Source: Camelus ferus
Lineage: Eukaryota
Reading direction: 5' to 3'
Length of the DNA: 64,000 nt
NCBI RefSeq assembly: GCF_009834535.1
Contig: NC_045713.1
Location: forward strand, 23,312,001-23,376,000
The notes below the pieces were generated by a model. It did no database searches and was not told the origin of the DNA. It worked only from the letters and a program-made list of their open reading frames with translations. Position numbers and translations under genes: made by a program. This document shows, piece by piece, positions 24,100-35,740 of this stretch. Each line of letters starts with the position of its first letter. Positions within the stretch are counted from its first letter, which is position 1.

Positions 24100-24239
24100 T
24101 GCATTCGTGCGCTAGCAATTTGTCTACCACTGGAAAAGTAATTGACATTTGGGTTACTGCTTCATATTTGGGAGACTTGCTAGCTAGTTCCGAAGAGTCC
24201 TCTTCTGTCAGGGCAGATTAGCTTAGTGTTGCCTAGAAG

Positions 24240-24507
24240 NNNNNNNNNNNNNNNNNNNNNNNNNNNNNNNNNNNNNNNNNNNNNNNNNNNNNNNNNNNNN
24301 NNNNNNNNNNNNNNNNNNNNNNNNNNNNNNNNNNNNNNNNNNNNNNNNNNNNNNNNNNNNNNNNNNNNNNNNNNNNNNNNNNNNNNNNNNNNNNNNNNNN
24401 NNNNNNNNNNNNNNNNNNNNNNNNNNNNNNNNNNNNNNNNNNNNNNNNNNNNNNNNNNNNNNNNNNNNNNNNNNNNNNNNNNNNNNNNNNNNNNNNNNNN
24501 NNNNNNN
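24240..24507. other. Assembly gap (268 N)
   Basis: Run of N. Confidence 0.99.
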
Positions 24508-25079
24508 CCCCAGATTTATGGTTCCTCTGAATTAAGTAGCACCAGGCACCCTTGGTCTACAGTTGTGATCTGGCATTGGTGGTAAAGGCAGTGACTTTCC
24601 ATAATATTTCAATCCTATTGCGTCTCCTGACACCACACATCATGGATAGACTGTTCTCTCTCTCTCTTTCTCTCTTCTTCTTTTTTCTTTTTTCTTTTTC
24701 TTTGGATAAAAATTGAAAACAGCGTGCTCTGCTTATCCCATTTCTAGGCTTTTCGCTAGCTACCAGTTTTGGTTTAAGAAGCCAGTGATGGGTGTTAAAA
24801 ATATTCCTGTTTGAAGACGAGCCTAAGCGATCCTACTAGTCTTTGACAAAGTGGCAGACGTACGTGGAATCAGCAGATGATTCGGCTCCTCTAGCCTGTT
24901 CACCTGAAAATAACAGGCTTCTTTCACAGGCATTGAGAGTAGGGTCTGGGGTCATCTAAACAACAGAAAGCGGGAGTGGCTGGTCACCGTTTTCCTGAAT
25001 TTGAAAACTGAAAGTGAGTCTTGAAAGTATTTGGAAATTGATGAAGTTGATATTTCCCTTTTAAGGCATTAGTCAAACC

Positions 25080-25555
25080 CGCCTCGGGACCACACTTCCA
25101 GCCTATCCCTCCAGCCTCCTCCCTCCCAGCTCACTTCTCTCCAGCTCCGCTGAATCCCTTTCAGTTCTCTGAGCAAGCCAGGCTCCATCCCACTGCCCTG
25201 ACAACGGGAGGGCTGTTCCTTCTGCCTGGACCGCTCCTTCCCACACTCTTTGCCAAGCTGGTCCCCTCTCCTCCTTTTTACAAATCCACGAAAACCTCAC
25301 CCATTCAAAGGGTCCTTCCCTTTAACCCCCTGCTCTAACCCCGTTTTCCTTCATCTCTGCTGGATTGCTTCTTTCTTGATTCTTGTTTTAATAAACACTA
25401 ATTTAGGTGCTCATTTTCATTCTTTTTCTTCTTCTGCTACCCTCACTAGAACCTAGGTTCCACGGGGGCAGAGGCCTTCTCTGACTTACTCGCTGCCGTA
25501 TTGCCAGGAGTTGGTAATCATAGATGCTCAGTATTTTTGTTGAATGTATTCATAA
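25080..25555 (+). mobile_element. L2 3' region
   Basis: 'gggctgttccttctgcctggaccgctcct...ctagaacctaggttccacgggggcagagg...atgctcagtatttttgttgaatg'. Confidence 0.7.
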
Positions 25556-25579
25556 ACCTTCCCTCAGTGTCAGCCACAA

Positions 25580-25845
25580 TACTTTTTTTTCAAACTTTTA
25601 ATTTTGAAATAATTATAGACTCACAGGAGGTTGCAGCCTTAATCCAGAGTTCCCGTGTACCCATCACCCAGGTTTCCCCAATGGTGGCATCTTAAGTATG
25701 TATAGTACCATGCCAATATCAGGAAGCCACATTAAAAAAAAATTGGAGTAGAGTTTACAGTCCATAATATGCACTCATTTTAGGGGTTCATTTGGACGAA
25801 TTTCAACCAACATAGCCACTCGTGTCAACACTACTACCGCAAGCT
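25580..25845 (-). mobile_element. Two old L1M (MB/MC/ME-like) 3' end fragments
   Basis: 'ttttaattttgaaataattatagactcacagg...gtacccatcacccaggtttcccca' (~25580-25730) and 'gagtttacagtccataatatgcactcatttt...tcgtgtcaacactactacc' (~25740-25845). Confidence 0.65.
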
Positions 25846-25995
25846 TTTTTTTTTTAAACATTTTTTTTATTGAGGTATAGTCATTTTACAATGTTGTGTC
25901 AAATTCCAGTGTAGAGCACGATTTTTTACTTATATATGACATACATACATTCATTGTCACATTCTCTTTCACTGTGAGCCACCACAAGATCCTGT
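25846..25995 (-). mobile_element. Camelid-type L1 extreme 3' end
   Basis: poly(T)-aaacatttttttattgaggtatagtcattttacaatgttgtgtcaaattccagtgtagagca...; tail intact. Confidence 0.85.
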
Positions 25996-26510
25996 ATTTT
26001 TTAAGCTAAAAGTGATTTCAGTGGGCAGCTCTCATTTATTTAATTTAATCTTTTGCCATTTTGTATTTTGCACTGGGAAATGTCCTCTCCCTTCCCCTGA
26101 AGATCCCCTCAAGAACAGCAAATTTTTAAGCCCATAGTCTTTTTTTTTTTTTTGTCTGTATCCATAGTACAAGTGAGCTCATTGTAATGTACTTAACTCT
26201 TAAGATAGTGACTTGAAATGTCATCAAAGAAGTACTTTTTCTAAGTAGGTACATTTGTTTTAAAAAAAAAAAAAAGAGAAAAGATTAGAAGGTACAGAGC
26301 TCTGCTTCAAGTTCTATTTGGAGGTGCTTGGAAGTTTTCCCAGGACAGATTTCAGCAATGGCTCAACACACACCTGCCAAACAGGCTTCTGGCTCGAGGT
26401 GCCCATGACAGTGATCAAAATTAACCCTGCCGCTGATGGATTATTGACTATCCTCACCTTTTCCCTTCAGCCCCCAAATGCTGTTAGTGGCTTCCAAGGC
26501 TCCCATGGTT

Positions 26511-26642
26511 NNNNNNNNNNNNNNNNNNNNNNNNNNNNNNNNNNNNNNNNNNNNNNNNNNNNNNNNNNNNNNNNNNNNNNNNNNNNNNNNNNNNNNNNNN
26601 NNNNNNNNNNNNNNNNNNNNNNNNNNNNNNNNNNNNNNNNNN
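26511..26642. other. Assembly gap (132 N)
   Basis: Run of N. Confidence 0.99.
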
Positions 26643-27439
26643 ATCTCTGCATAATTTGGAAGCTAAATGACAAGATTAAGGAGAGGCAATCCGTTTGACA
26701 GGCAATGTTACCTGGGATGATGAAAACCAAGGTTTTTTTGTTTTTGACTTCTTTTTCAGGTTTTTTGTTTGTTTGTTTGTTTTTGCGAGGGGAGGTGGTT
26801 AAGAGGGTTGAAGAAGAGGGAGTTCAAGGTGGTTTAGGTTTCTAAAATTGTTCTCCTGGGGTGCAAGCATCCCTCAGAAATAGAATGCCTTATATTGATA
26901 TAATTATCGCCCTCATTGAATGATAATGCCCTTTCCATCTGACCCATCGATTATAGACAGGTGACAATAGAGGTGAAGTTTTAAAATGCGAGTCTGAATT
27001 CTTAGTTTACTTCATAATATTTTTTCTTGACTTTAGAGGGATATTGTAGTCATTAAATGCTCATGGAATAAATATATATATATATATTTATCTGAAATGC
27101 AGTAATTCCTTTAGTTTCTATCCATAGAAACTAAACAATATATAATAAAGTATGATTATAGTGTGTAATAGTACATAATGTAAGAGGTTCTATTTTGGTG
27201 ACTATAGTAAGAGCAAAATCCCATTTTAGTAAGATGACTACTTAAAGTTTTCACCACTGGTAATGGTATATATTTCTGCATGGGATATAGAGTTTTTGAC
27301 ATTGTTTTTCCTTTTTATATTTGTGCTTTAATTTCTTTCTGTGGAAAAACACCTATCACACTGAAAGTAAGGTTATAAACATGAGGAAGAATGCTACTTC
27401 AGGGCTGGAGGGAATGTAAATGACATCTTCGGATTTTTT

Positions 27440-27545
27440 TTCATTCAACAAACACATACTTAGTGCCTGTGGTGTGCATGATCCTTGGCTGGACATTTAG
27501 CAGAGGGTGAAATCCACCAAGTCCCTGGTCCTTCTGAGCTCACCT
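27440..27545 (-). mobile_element. L2 3' end
   Basis: 'ttcattcaacaaacacatacttagtgcc...gtccctggtccttctgagctcac'. Confidence 0.6.
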
Positions 27546-27599
27546 CTTTACTTATCTGTCTCCATCCTGGGGCTAGGGACACCTTCCAGACACAGTTTT

Positions 27600-27990
27600 C
27601 TCCCCTTCATCTCACAAAGTGCATGGTATAAACCAATCAGCAAATATCGACTGACTGTGCCATGAAGAAATGTTCACACAATTGTGCATGGTGGACATGC
27701 TTTATTTGGCCTGCAATTTAAAACATCAAGTTAATTGCCACTGCTTTAAAGAATCAGAACTTTTTACAGAAAAAAAAAATCTGCATTTCTGTCTCTACTG
27801 GAGAAACTAGAATATTTGGCAAAACAGAATTCCCATCGTTATCAAGGCAATGATTGGTGTCAAGTAAGTCGCTGGCTGCCTCTTTTTCTTGGGGCAAATC
27901 CTAGTCCCATTTCCCCCAGTCCCCACCACTCCCTATGGTGTTTCCCTTACATTGAGGTTGAGTGTTTGTTTATCGCCAGGCCATTTATAG
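27600..27990. mobile_element. Old hAT/Charlie-type DNA transposon remnant (family uncertain)
   Basis: 'gacatgctttatttggcctgca...aaaaatctgcatttct...cagtccccaccactccctat...acattgaggttgagtgt' resembles Charlie-derived MERs. Confidence 0.45.
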
Positions 27991-29457
27991 ACTAGAATCA
28001 TTTGTACACTTTCCTTATTTTTGTGACCTGGCTGGAACATTCAGGTGTTAATATTTTTTGCTCTTTATCTTCTAACCTGAAGGAGAATTTTGAAAATGTT
28101 TGTCATATAAAATTGGAAACCTTTCCAAAGTTTTTGAGAAGCTTAGAAAGTGTGGACAGCTTAGAAAGTGTTACTTCCTGCACAGAGTGGGATAAAGTGG
28201 GGACAGGAGAAGTCATACCAAGTACATTACAAGTCTGAGCTGAACAGTTCCTCTTCTCTTAGGGAGCTGGTTTGGTGTAAAGATGCTGGAGAATGTGAAA
28301 GCATCTTCACAGACGATGCAAAGCACCTGTAAAGATGGGCCCCTCCTTTCTTGGAATTGACAAGCTCTCCCCCCTCTTTGTTGCTTATGCTGTGTGTTAC
28401 ATTCCCACGGCTCTGTGGGTTTTTTCACATCAGTAGAGACCTGCTGCTTACCTGGAGAGAAACTTAGCTAGGAGTTAAAAATGCAAATCACCCCTAGACT
28501 TCCTATGAGGAGGTCTATTTTCTTAGTTTGAATTGAACCCATTGCCATCTCTTCTCGTACACGTGTCTTTCCGAGATGAGAGGGAAGGCAACGCCAGAAA
28601 CTTGCCGGTAAAGCCTGACATGATTAAGCCTTGAAAACTCTGAATGTACAGGTGTATGGGATGCATCCACCAACACTGAGGTCCTTACCTTCCTCTGCCC
28701 TAAGGCTCAACCCACTTTCCTCCTGAGATCTTCCCAACCATCAAGGAAGCTGGGAGGGGAAGGAAGGTAAGCTGTAGACACAGGATGATTTTGTTATTCT
28801 TCTGCCTAGAGGTGGGATGGGAACCAGATGATGTCTCAGGTCCTTCTAGCTGAGACAGGGCTTCTAGCTGCTTATCCTACAACTGAGCAGAGGGAGTCCA
28901 TAGACAACTGGTATGAAAGTCTCCATTCCATTTCTTATTTAGCTCCATTGCCTAATTCTTTCTTGAAAAATAAGTTTTTAGTATATTTCAATATGCAGAG
29001 TTAATCAGTTCGTCTCACATTATGAAAACCTATAAAAGTCATCAATAGCTTCAGTCGATGCTTTGTAATTGTCACAAAATGGCTTTCTGAATAACTTTAT
29101 GAAAAATTTATCTCCCCAAAGGATTTACTGAGGAAGCCAAGAATGAATTTCCTAAGAAACAGAGATTTGAGTCATAATTTAGACAACTAGACATTTTCCA
29201 AAACAGTAAAATATGGATCAGGAAAACTTCAAATTCCAACAATGCGATAATCTCCCTCCAACAATAGCTGTTAAATATAAATATGACTGCTTTAGATAAA
29301 TAATGAAGATGGAACCATCTGGTGAAAATTGGTTAGATGTTAAACACTTGAAATTAACAAAAAATTTAAAGTCTCTGAAAATAAATTTATCTCTAGTAAA
29401 TCATTAGGAATCTGACTAGAAATAGCTCCCGAAGACTATTAGTACATGAATCTCCAA

Positions 29458-29695
29458 CTTTTTTTTTATCGGAAGTATGGTTGATTTAGTGTTCTGTTAG
29501 TTTCTGGTGAACAGCAAAGTGATTCAGTTATACATATATATATATATATTTATTTATTCTTTTTCAGATTCTTTTCTATTATAGGTTATTATAAAAACTT
29601 GAATGTAGTTCCCTGTGCTATACAGTAGGTCCTTGTTCTTTATCTATTTTATATATAGTAGTGTGTATCTGTCAATCATAAGCTCCTAATTTATA
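29458..29695 (-). mobile_element. Artiodactyl-type L1 3' end
   Basis: poly(T), then 'tagttccctgtgctatacagtaggtccttgtt...ctcctaatttat'. Confidence 0.9.
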
Positions 29696-29962
29696 TAGTT
29701 GAATTCTTGCTTGATCCATACAGATTCATATTGGGCTCCCCCAGTGAGGGCCAGCGCACCTGCTGTTGTTCATGACAAGAGCTTGTATATCTACCCTTTG
29801 AGCTTTATAAAAAAAAATATATGTGTATATATATATTAAAGGATTTTATTTTCTTTCTGCAGATAGAAACGCTACAAAGTGAGAAATTTACAAATACCTA
29901 ATAATAAAGATGGGGATGGGGACCCAGACTTTTCAACTCTAGATAGTCCTCTAGCTAGGTAT

Positions 29963-30442
29963 TGTAGCAGAGGAAAAGTACCTTTTGCCTCTTACCCTTC
30001 TGGGTTCTCAACTGTCACAATAGAGAAACTGACAAGAGGAAAGCCTACAGATGTATTTAAGTTTCACATGGCTCAGGAGTCTTGATAAGGAAATGAAAAC
30101 CTCAAGAAATGGTTAAACCTGGGTGTCTTTATGCTGGGTTTGAAGGAGCATGGAAGGTCGGGGAAAGATACATTGGGACAAGGGGTTTGAACTGAGTGTA
30201 ATCAACTAGGGGAAATGTAGCCCGTTCGTCCAGACTCCTCCGTGTCCCTCTGTCTTCAGAGGTGAGGATGCTCCTTTCCTCCAGGTATAGGGAGGGCACC
30301 TCTAACAGGACAGTTTTATGACCTGCTTCAGGGGAAGGTCTGAAAGTCTTTTCTGCTCATGCCATTCATCAAATCCCTTCAGTTTGAAATATTTTGTATG
30401 CCAAGGTGCCATATTTGGGGCAGCGTGTCCTGAACCCTGTCA
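29963..30442 (-). mobile_element. ERV solo LTR (MER21/ERV1-group-like)
   Basis: TG...CA termini (tgtagcag...ctgaaccctgtca) with 4-bp flanks gtat/gtgt. The end motif 'ccatatttggggcagcgtgtcctgaaccctgtca' is shared with the LTR at 45608-46150. Confidence 0.75.
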
Positions 30443-32043
30443 GTGTGCAGCCGCTCCAGTGGGACTGGGTTGGTCCGATGGCTTCACCTTCTCTTGGGAC
30501 AACGCAAGACCTACTTTTTTTTTTTTTCCTTTTAAGAGGCCTTGTATTACAACTCCAAAGTTGAGATACTGACTGTTGCAGGATAGACTGAACCAAATGG
30601 TGTTAACCCTGAGAAAGACATGTGGTAACCTGCTCTTAGGGCAGAGGGAGGAAGATCTTCCTCTTCCTCCAGGGCACGTGGCCATGGCACCCTTGGGGAG
30701 TGTGCCATATTCTGCTTTCATGGGGTCTGTTCTAGCCATGGTTGAGGTTGAGCTTCTGTATTTGTTAGAAATGCTCTTAGCTGCAAGGGACAGAAAACTT
30801 GAACAACGTTGATTGTAGCGACAGACTGATCTTCTTTCTCAAAACAAGCAGACATAGGTGCAGATTTCCTGTCTTCCAGAATATTTAACATTCCGCCCAT
30901 TCTAAAAACATGCAAGATGTGTCCTTACACAGTATTCAAAATCACACAGATACGTAGATGTGCATACATATATATGCATTTTAAAAATAAATATTCATCA
31001 CTATGATAATGGGGTAATTTTGGGGGTTTTTATAAGTGAATTCTTCTATGTTAAAGACATCTTTAAACCTCTTTTTTCTCCCAAAGAAACATGTACTATA
31101 TTTTCAATCTGAAAAAAAAAAGGGTGAAAAAAGAAAGGCCAATAGTAAAGAAATTCCTCTGTTATTAATGGGGAATTGAAGAGCTACCTACTTAGAATAA
31201 TCGTTGTACATAATGAAGCAGACCTGAAAGGCCTTTCCTGTTAAGAGTGAAATATGCTAATTTTATATTCACCACCACGGTCAACCGGAGACGACTCTGC
31301 GTTATGACCTTGCAGCCTTGTAAAAGGTTAGTCACCTCTGATGAGTCAAAAAGTGCCTCATTTTGAACTATAATCCTCAAAATGTAAGTCTTGTCACTGA
31401 CTGTAATTTTTATTTATTACCGTATATTTGCCTCTAAACACAGAAACATTATCTGTTGATTTTTCTCTTTTACTACATAATGTGTCTTTTTAGGGGAAGG
31501 AGAGTAGCTTAATCAGCTCTTCCTTGAACCCTCAGTGATTTCTTTCCAGGTGGTCTTGTCACATGCTCTCAGGTCCATGTATTTGGATTGTATCATCGTG
31601 GTGACTTCGGTGGGTAAATGCGATCTCTGCAGCTTCCCTCAGCCCTATTCTGGCCACACTGGTCAGATGTAACAGCCTGCATGGTCAGAATCCTCCTAGG
31701 AAGCCACCTCAGCTGCATTTGAACTCCTGTGGTAGATTGCTCTGCTATTCCTACACCCCTAGTGGTGATGGTACCAGCCCCCAGCTCCGTGGACTTCTCC
31801 GTTGTCAGTGATTGCTGAAGACTAGCATAGATCGTGGCAAACACTATCTAAACCATACGGAACTTCAGAGACATTGGGTTGTGCTCTTATTTCAACTTGA
31901 TGGATAGAAAAAGTAGTATCAGATGGTTTAAGCTATTCTGTGTTTCATAGCAAGAGCTGGAACCATGGGAAGATCCTTCTGTGTCTGAGGGGTCAGTCTC
32001 ATGGGCTTTGATCTCTGCCTGATAACTTTTCCTACTCTAAGGC

Positions 32044-32262
32044 CAGGGTTCCTCAACCTCTGCGCTATTGACGTTTTGGGCTGGGTAAATCTTTGTTAGG
32101 GGTTGGGGGAGGTAGGGGTGGAGGCTGTCTTGTACATTACAGGATATTTAGCGGCACGAGATGCCAATAGCACCCATTCCCTTGGTTGTGATCATCAAGA
32201 TGTCTCTAGATATTGCCAAGTGTCCCCGGGGAAGCAAAACTGCCCCTGGTGAAGAATCACTG
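32044..32262 (-). mobile_element. MER20 (hAT-Charlie), full length
   Basis: cagggttcctcaacctctgcgctattgacg...gatattgccaagtgtccccgggg...gaagaatcactg. Confidence 0.9.
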
Positions 32263-32446
32263 CTCTGAGCCTACGTCCCAACCATCTGTCCGACCTCCTC
32301 ACCATCCACTTCCATACTTTCTCGTTGTTCTCCAACATGGTGGTGTGTAGTTCCTCAAATGGACCCAGCTCCTCTTGTCACTGAGCTGTTCTCTCCCTCT
32401 CCTTACCCTAGTCCTGCAACCCTGCCCTGTCTCCACAGTAATCTTT

Positions 32447-32843
32447 TTTTTTAAAGTGATTTTATTGAAAAATAGTTGATTCCAATGTGTTTCAAGGTGA
32501 ACAGCATAGTGATTCAATTACACATATACATACATATATATATTTTTTCTTTTCAGATTCTTTTCCATTATAGTCATATTACAAGAAATTGAATATATAT
32601 AGTTCCCCATGCTGTACAGTAGGTCCTTATTATTTATCTATTTTGTATATAATAATGTGTGTCTGTTAATCCCCAACCCCTAATTTATCCCTCCCCACTC
32701 TTTCCCCTTTGGTAACCATAGTTTGTTTTCTATGTCCGTAAGTCTGGTTTTGGTTTGTCAATAGAATTTGTGTTATGTTTTTAAGATGCCACATATAAGT
32801 GATATCGTGTGATATTTGTCTAGATTCTGTGAGTCAGATAAAG
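32447..32843 (-). mobile_element. Artiodactyl-type L1 3' end with perfect 15-bp TSD
   Basis: TSD tccacagtaatcttt at 32432-32446 and 32844-32858, followed by AA (L1 endonuclease site). A 23-bp junction segment lies at 32821-32843 (see findings). Confidence 0.92.
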
Positions 32844-33504
32844 TCCACAGTAATCTTTAATATGCCGATGTGCATTAGGAATCTCCAAGCATGAGAGATG
32901 GAGTGAGATAGAGATGAAGTGATAGGGATTTCAGGCATATTCTCCTAAATGTATCCACTTGAGCATGCACTTTCTCCCAACCCCCATGCATGGAACGCAT
33001 GCAGTTGTAAACATCCTGTTGAAAACATTCCATTCTTTTCTTTCCTCAAAGATACTGCCTCCTTCAGACAGTCTCCTCCTCATCCTTCGATTGGACGAGA
33101 ATCTTTTTTTCCCCTTCTCTAGATATTTTTTTTTGAGCACACTGTGTCCCTCCCTCCCTCTGGACTGTTTCTCCTGTCTGATGGTCACGTGGGCACATCT
33201 CATTTCCCTGGAACACGCAGGCGCTTTGAAAGCTAGTATTCTGACTCATTCCACCTGGTGTGATTGCTTGCACGTTGAAAGGGCTACATAAAGATTCCAA
33301 TCAGTCGACCACCTTTATAGCCTAGGAGAAAGCTACTGGCTGTTCTTCCCATTGCTGAGATCTGTAAGAGGATATCAGCAAAGTGATAGGTCTGGACAAT
33401 TCTCAAAGGTTAAAGATCGAAACCATAAAGGTTTGGCCATCTAGAAGTCAGAGATGACATCTTTTCGTGTGTGTGGATCCCCTCCATGGAGCCCTGAAGG
33501 GGAG

Positions 33505-34700
33505 TCGGCACAAGTGATCGCACTTGTTGGAAAAACAGATTCTAATTGAGAGTTTCAGCCTTCGCCAATCACATCAGAGCCGTCTTTCCGTCAGAGCGGC
33601 AGCAGCAGTCAGGAGTGCTACCTGTTTTGTTTGGCTTAGTCTTGTCTCCTGATGAGCCTCTGCTAGAGATATTGATGAGCTACAGTTTCAAACTCTCCAG
33701 TGAGCCGAAGCCAAGTATTCAACAGATTCACATGGTAACTGGAATTTTATTTTGTCTTCTTCTAGCTTAGACCTCACGTCTGGTTATAATCTCTGATCCA
33801 GCTTCTGTTTGTGCCTTTTTATCTCCTGAAGGCCTCCTAGGGTGACTGAAAACTGGAAAGCAGGTTCTTTCTTTCTCCTACAGAGACGCCCGTGAATGAT
33901 TTATATTTTTAAGTGCGGCTTTCCTTGAATGTTGACTTTCTGAAAACTTTCCCTATTTCACTTTTTTTTTTTTTCCTCTCCCTTGGAAGCTCTTCTTTGA
34001 TAACCCGCCTGGTCTTCTGTTCTTTCTACTTTCCTTTTGACTGCTCACCTTTTGCCCACTTAAACTGAAGCTCTTTGGTGTCTGCTTGGAAATTTGGCAG
34101 TTTAAGTTCAAAAGAAAGCCCTCTTGAGGTAACCTGTTCTGACATAGCCGCGCCTTAACACAAAGCTTTGCTGGATTAATGGGTTGGCTGGAAACGTCTC
34201 TTAGCTTCCGTCATTTCACCTCTGTGTTATGAGGGCTGCGTTCTGTCTATTCATCGGGGGGATTCTTTTTTTTAAAATAGAATTCTTCGGAAGCTAGAAA
34301 CAAGCGTTATTTGAGTAAATGTCCCACTTTCAGAGGTATGTCGGTGAACAAAAACGTTGCCCCAGAAGTCTAAACGCTGCTACCGTATTTCCTTTATTTG
34401 AATACTGCGCGCATTTCCCCTACTGTGAACTGGAGGACGTTGTTATCAAGTTGATGTTGCGGACAGTCTCTGTGCTCACTTAGACCTGAGAAAATGTGAT
34501 AGGAAAACACTTAAATATTAATAGGAGGCTGCTCGGGTGGAGGGGAGAGTATCAGGGAAATCAGGGGAAGGAGTGAGGAGTTGATTTGCGGTTTGACCCC
34601 CCTCCCCCTCCTTGGCCACCCAAAGCAGATGGGCACCACCTGCGTGTGGACTCTGGCCACGCCCCGTCACGTCATGGGGACTTCCCCCTGCTCATTGCAG
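33505..34700 (+). promoter_or_regulatory. Candidate internal promoter / CpG-retaining regulatory block
   Basis: Repeat-free. GCCAATCA at 33564-33571; donor-like ATG|gtaact at 33734/5; 22 CpG counted in 34141-34680; GCCACGCCCC at 34656-34665; CGTCACGTCA at 34665-34674. Confidence 0.4.
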
Positions 34701-35629
34701 TATCTGAGTAACCTGCGGGTCTCATTTAGGGCATGAAGTATTACACAGGCACCTGACAGATCTGTTGAGTGAAGGCATGCACGAATGAAGAGGTGCATAA
34801 TCAGTGCTGAAAAAATATGGGGCGGTAACGTATGGGTGGCGATTAGTATGGGTCCCATATGTTATTTTTATCAGTTGATTTGTTGAGCCCACAAGCTTTT
34901 TCAGTCGAATAATATTTAAAAAAGCCCATCTACTTCTCTTCAGTGTGTCAAGTGAATTCTAGAGTTATTCCTTGAGACACGAATGTGAATATGACTAGCT
35001 AGCTGTCTTGGTTTGTTTCGAAGAAGAGGGAAAACCTGCTTTTGCCACCTCTAGTTCACAACATGCAGGATAACATGGTTCCAAATAGAAAAATTTTGGC
35101 AGTGGAATTAAATCACATATCCCTTGAAACTTCCAAAGGTTCCCAATATACTTCAATTTTATCAGCTAATACCAAAGCCAGAATCTCCATTAAACTTATT
35201 AGTAAGTCCCAAGTGGAATTAGTCGAAGGGAAAAAGCAAAAGACAAAAACCCTAATTACACATTTTCTTCTTAAGTGCAGCATACAAGCACGAATGTGGT
35301 ATTAACTATGATTTTTGACATGAAAGCATAAAGGTCAGTTGTGTATATGTCAAAATTGAGGCATGCTAGGGAGCTTTTAGGTGACTCAGGGACCACATCT
35401 GCGACACAGGTATACATTTATGTTGAGATACTGAGTCACCAAGAGGGGGCGGTAAAAAAAAATCAAATATTAAATCAGGAGCAAAACTCATAATTTGTGG
35501 TCGGTGATTTTGGCGTACCCATCAAAGCCTTGCTGCTTTTCCTATAGAAAATGTGCGTTGGTCATACCTGGGCTTTATATTGTGTTGATCAAGTGATGTT
35601 CTCTCCAAATGGGCATTATGTTGTGGAAT

Positions 35630-35740
35630 GACCTTGAACAACTTCTTGACCTCTGAATTGCTTTATCTGTAAAGTGGGGATAGATTAATCCCCACGAAGG
35701 ACCACGGTAATATGTAGGAAGCAGAAAACCTGAACATATA
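35630..35740 (+). mobile_element. MIR fragment
   Basis: 'tgaccttgaacaacttcttgacctctg...atctgtaaagtggggata'. Confidence 0.6.

Noticed and set aside
28140-28171. 14-bp direct repeat agcttagaaagtgt (period 18); similar short duplications at 2789-2821 and 53310-53352
   Set aside because: Two copies only, without spacer structure; ordinary small tandem duplications, not CRISPR-like or array-like.
29863-29878. 16-nt micro-exon candidate after a strong acceptor
   Set aside because: Not frame-preserving; the longer alternative to 29958 has stops in all frames; acceptor-like tracts are common here.
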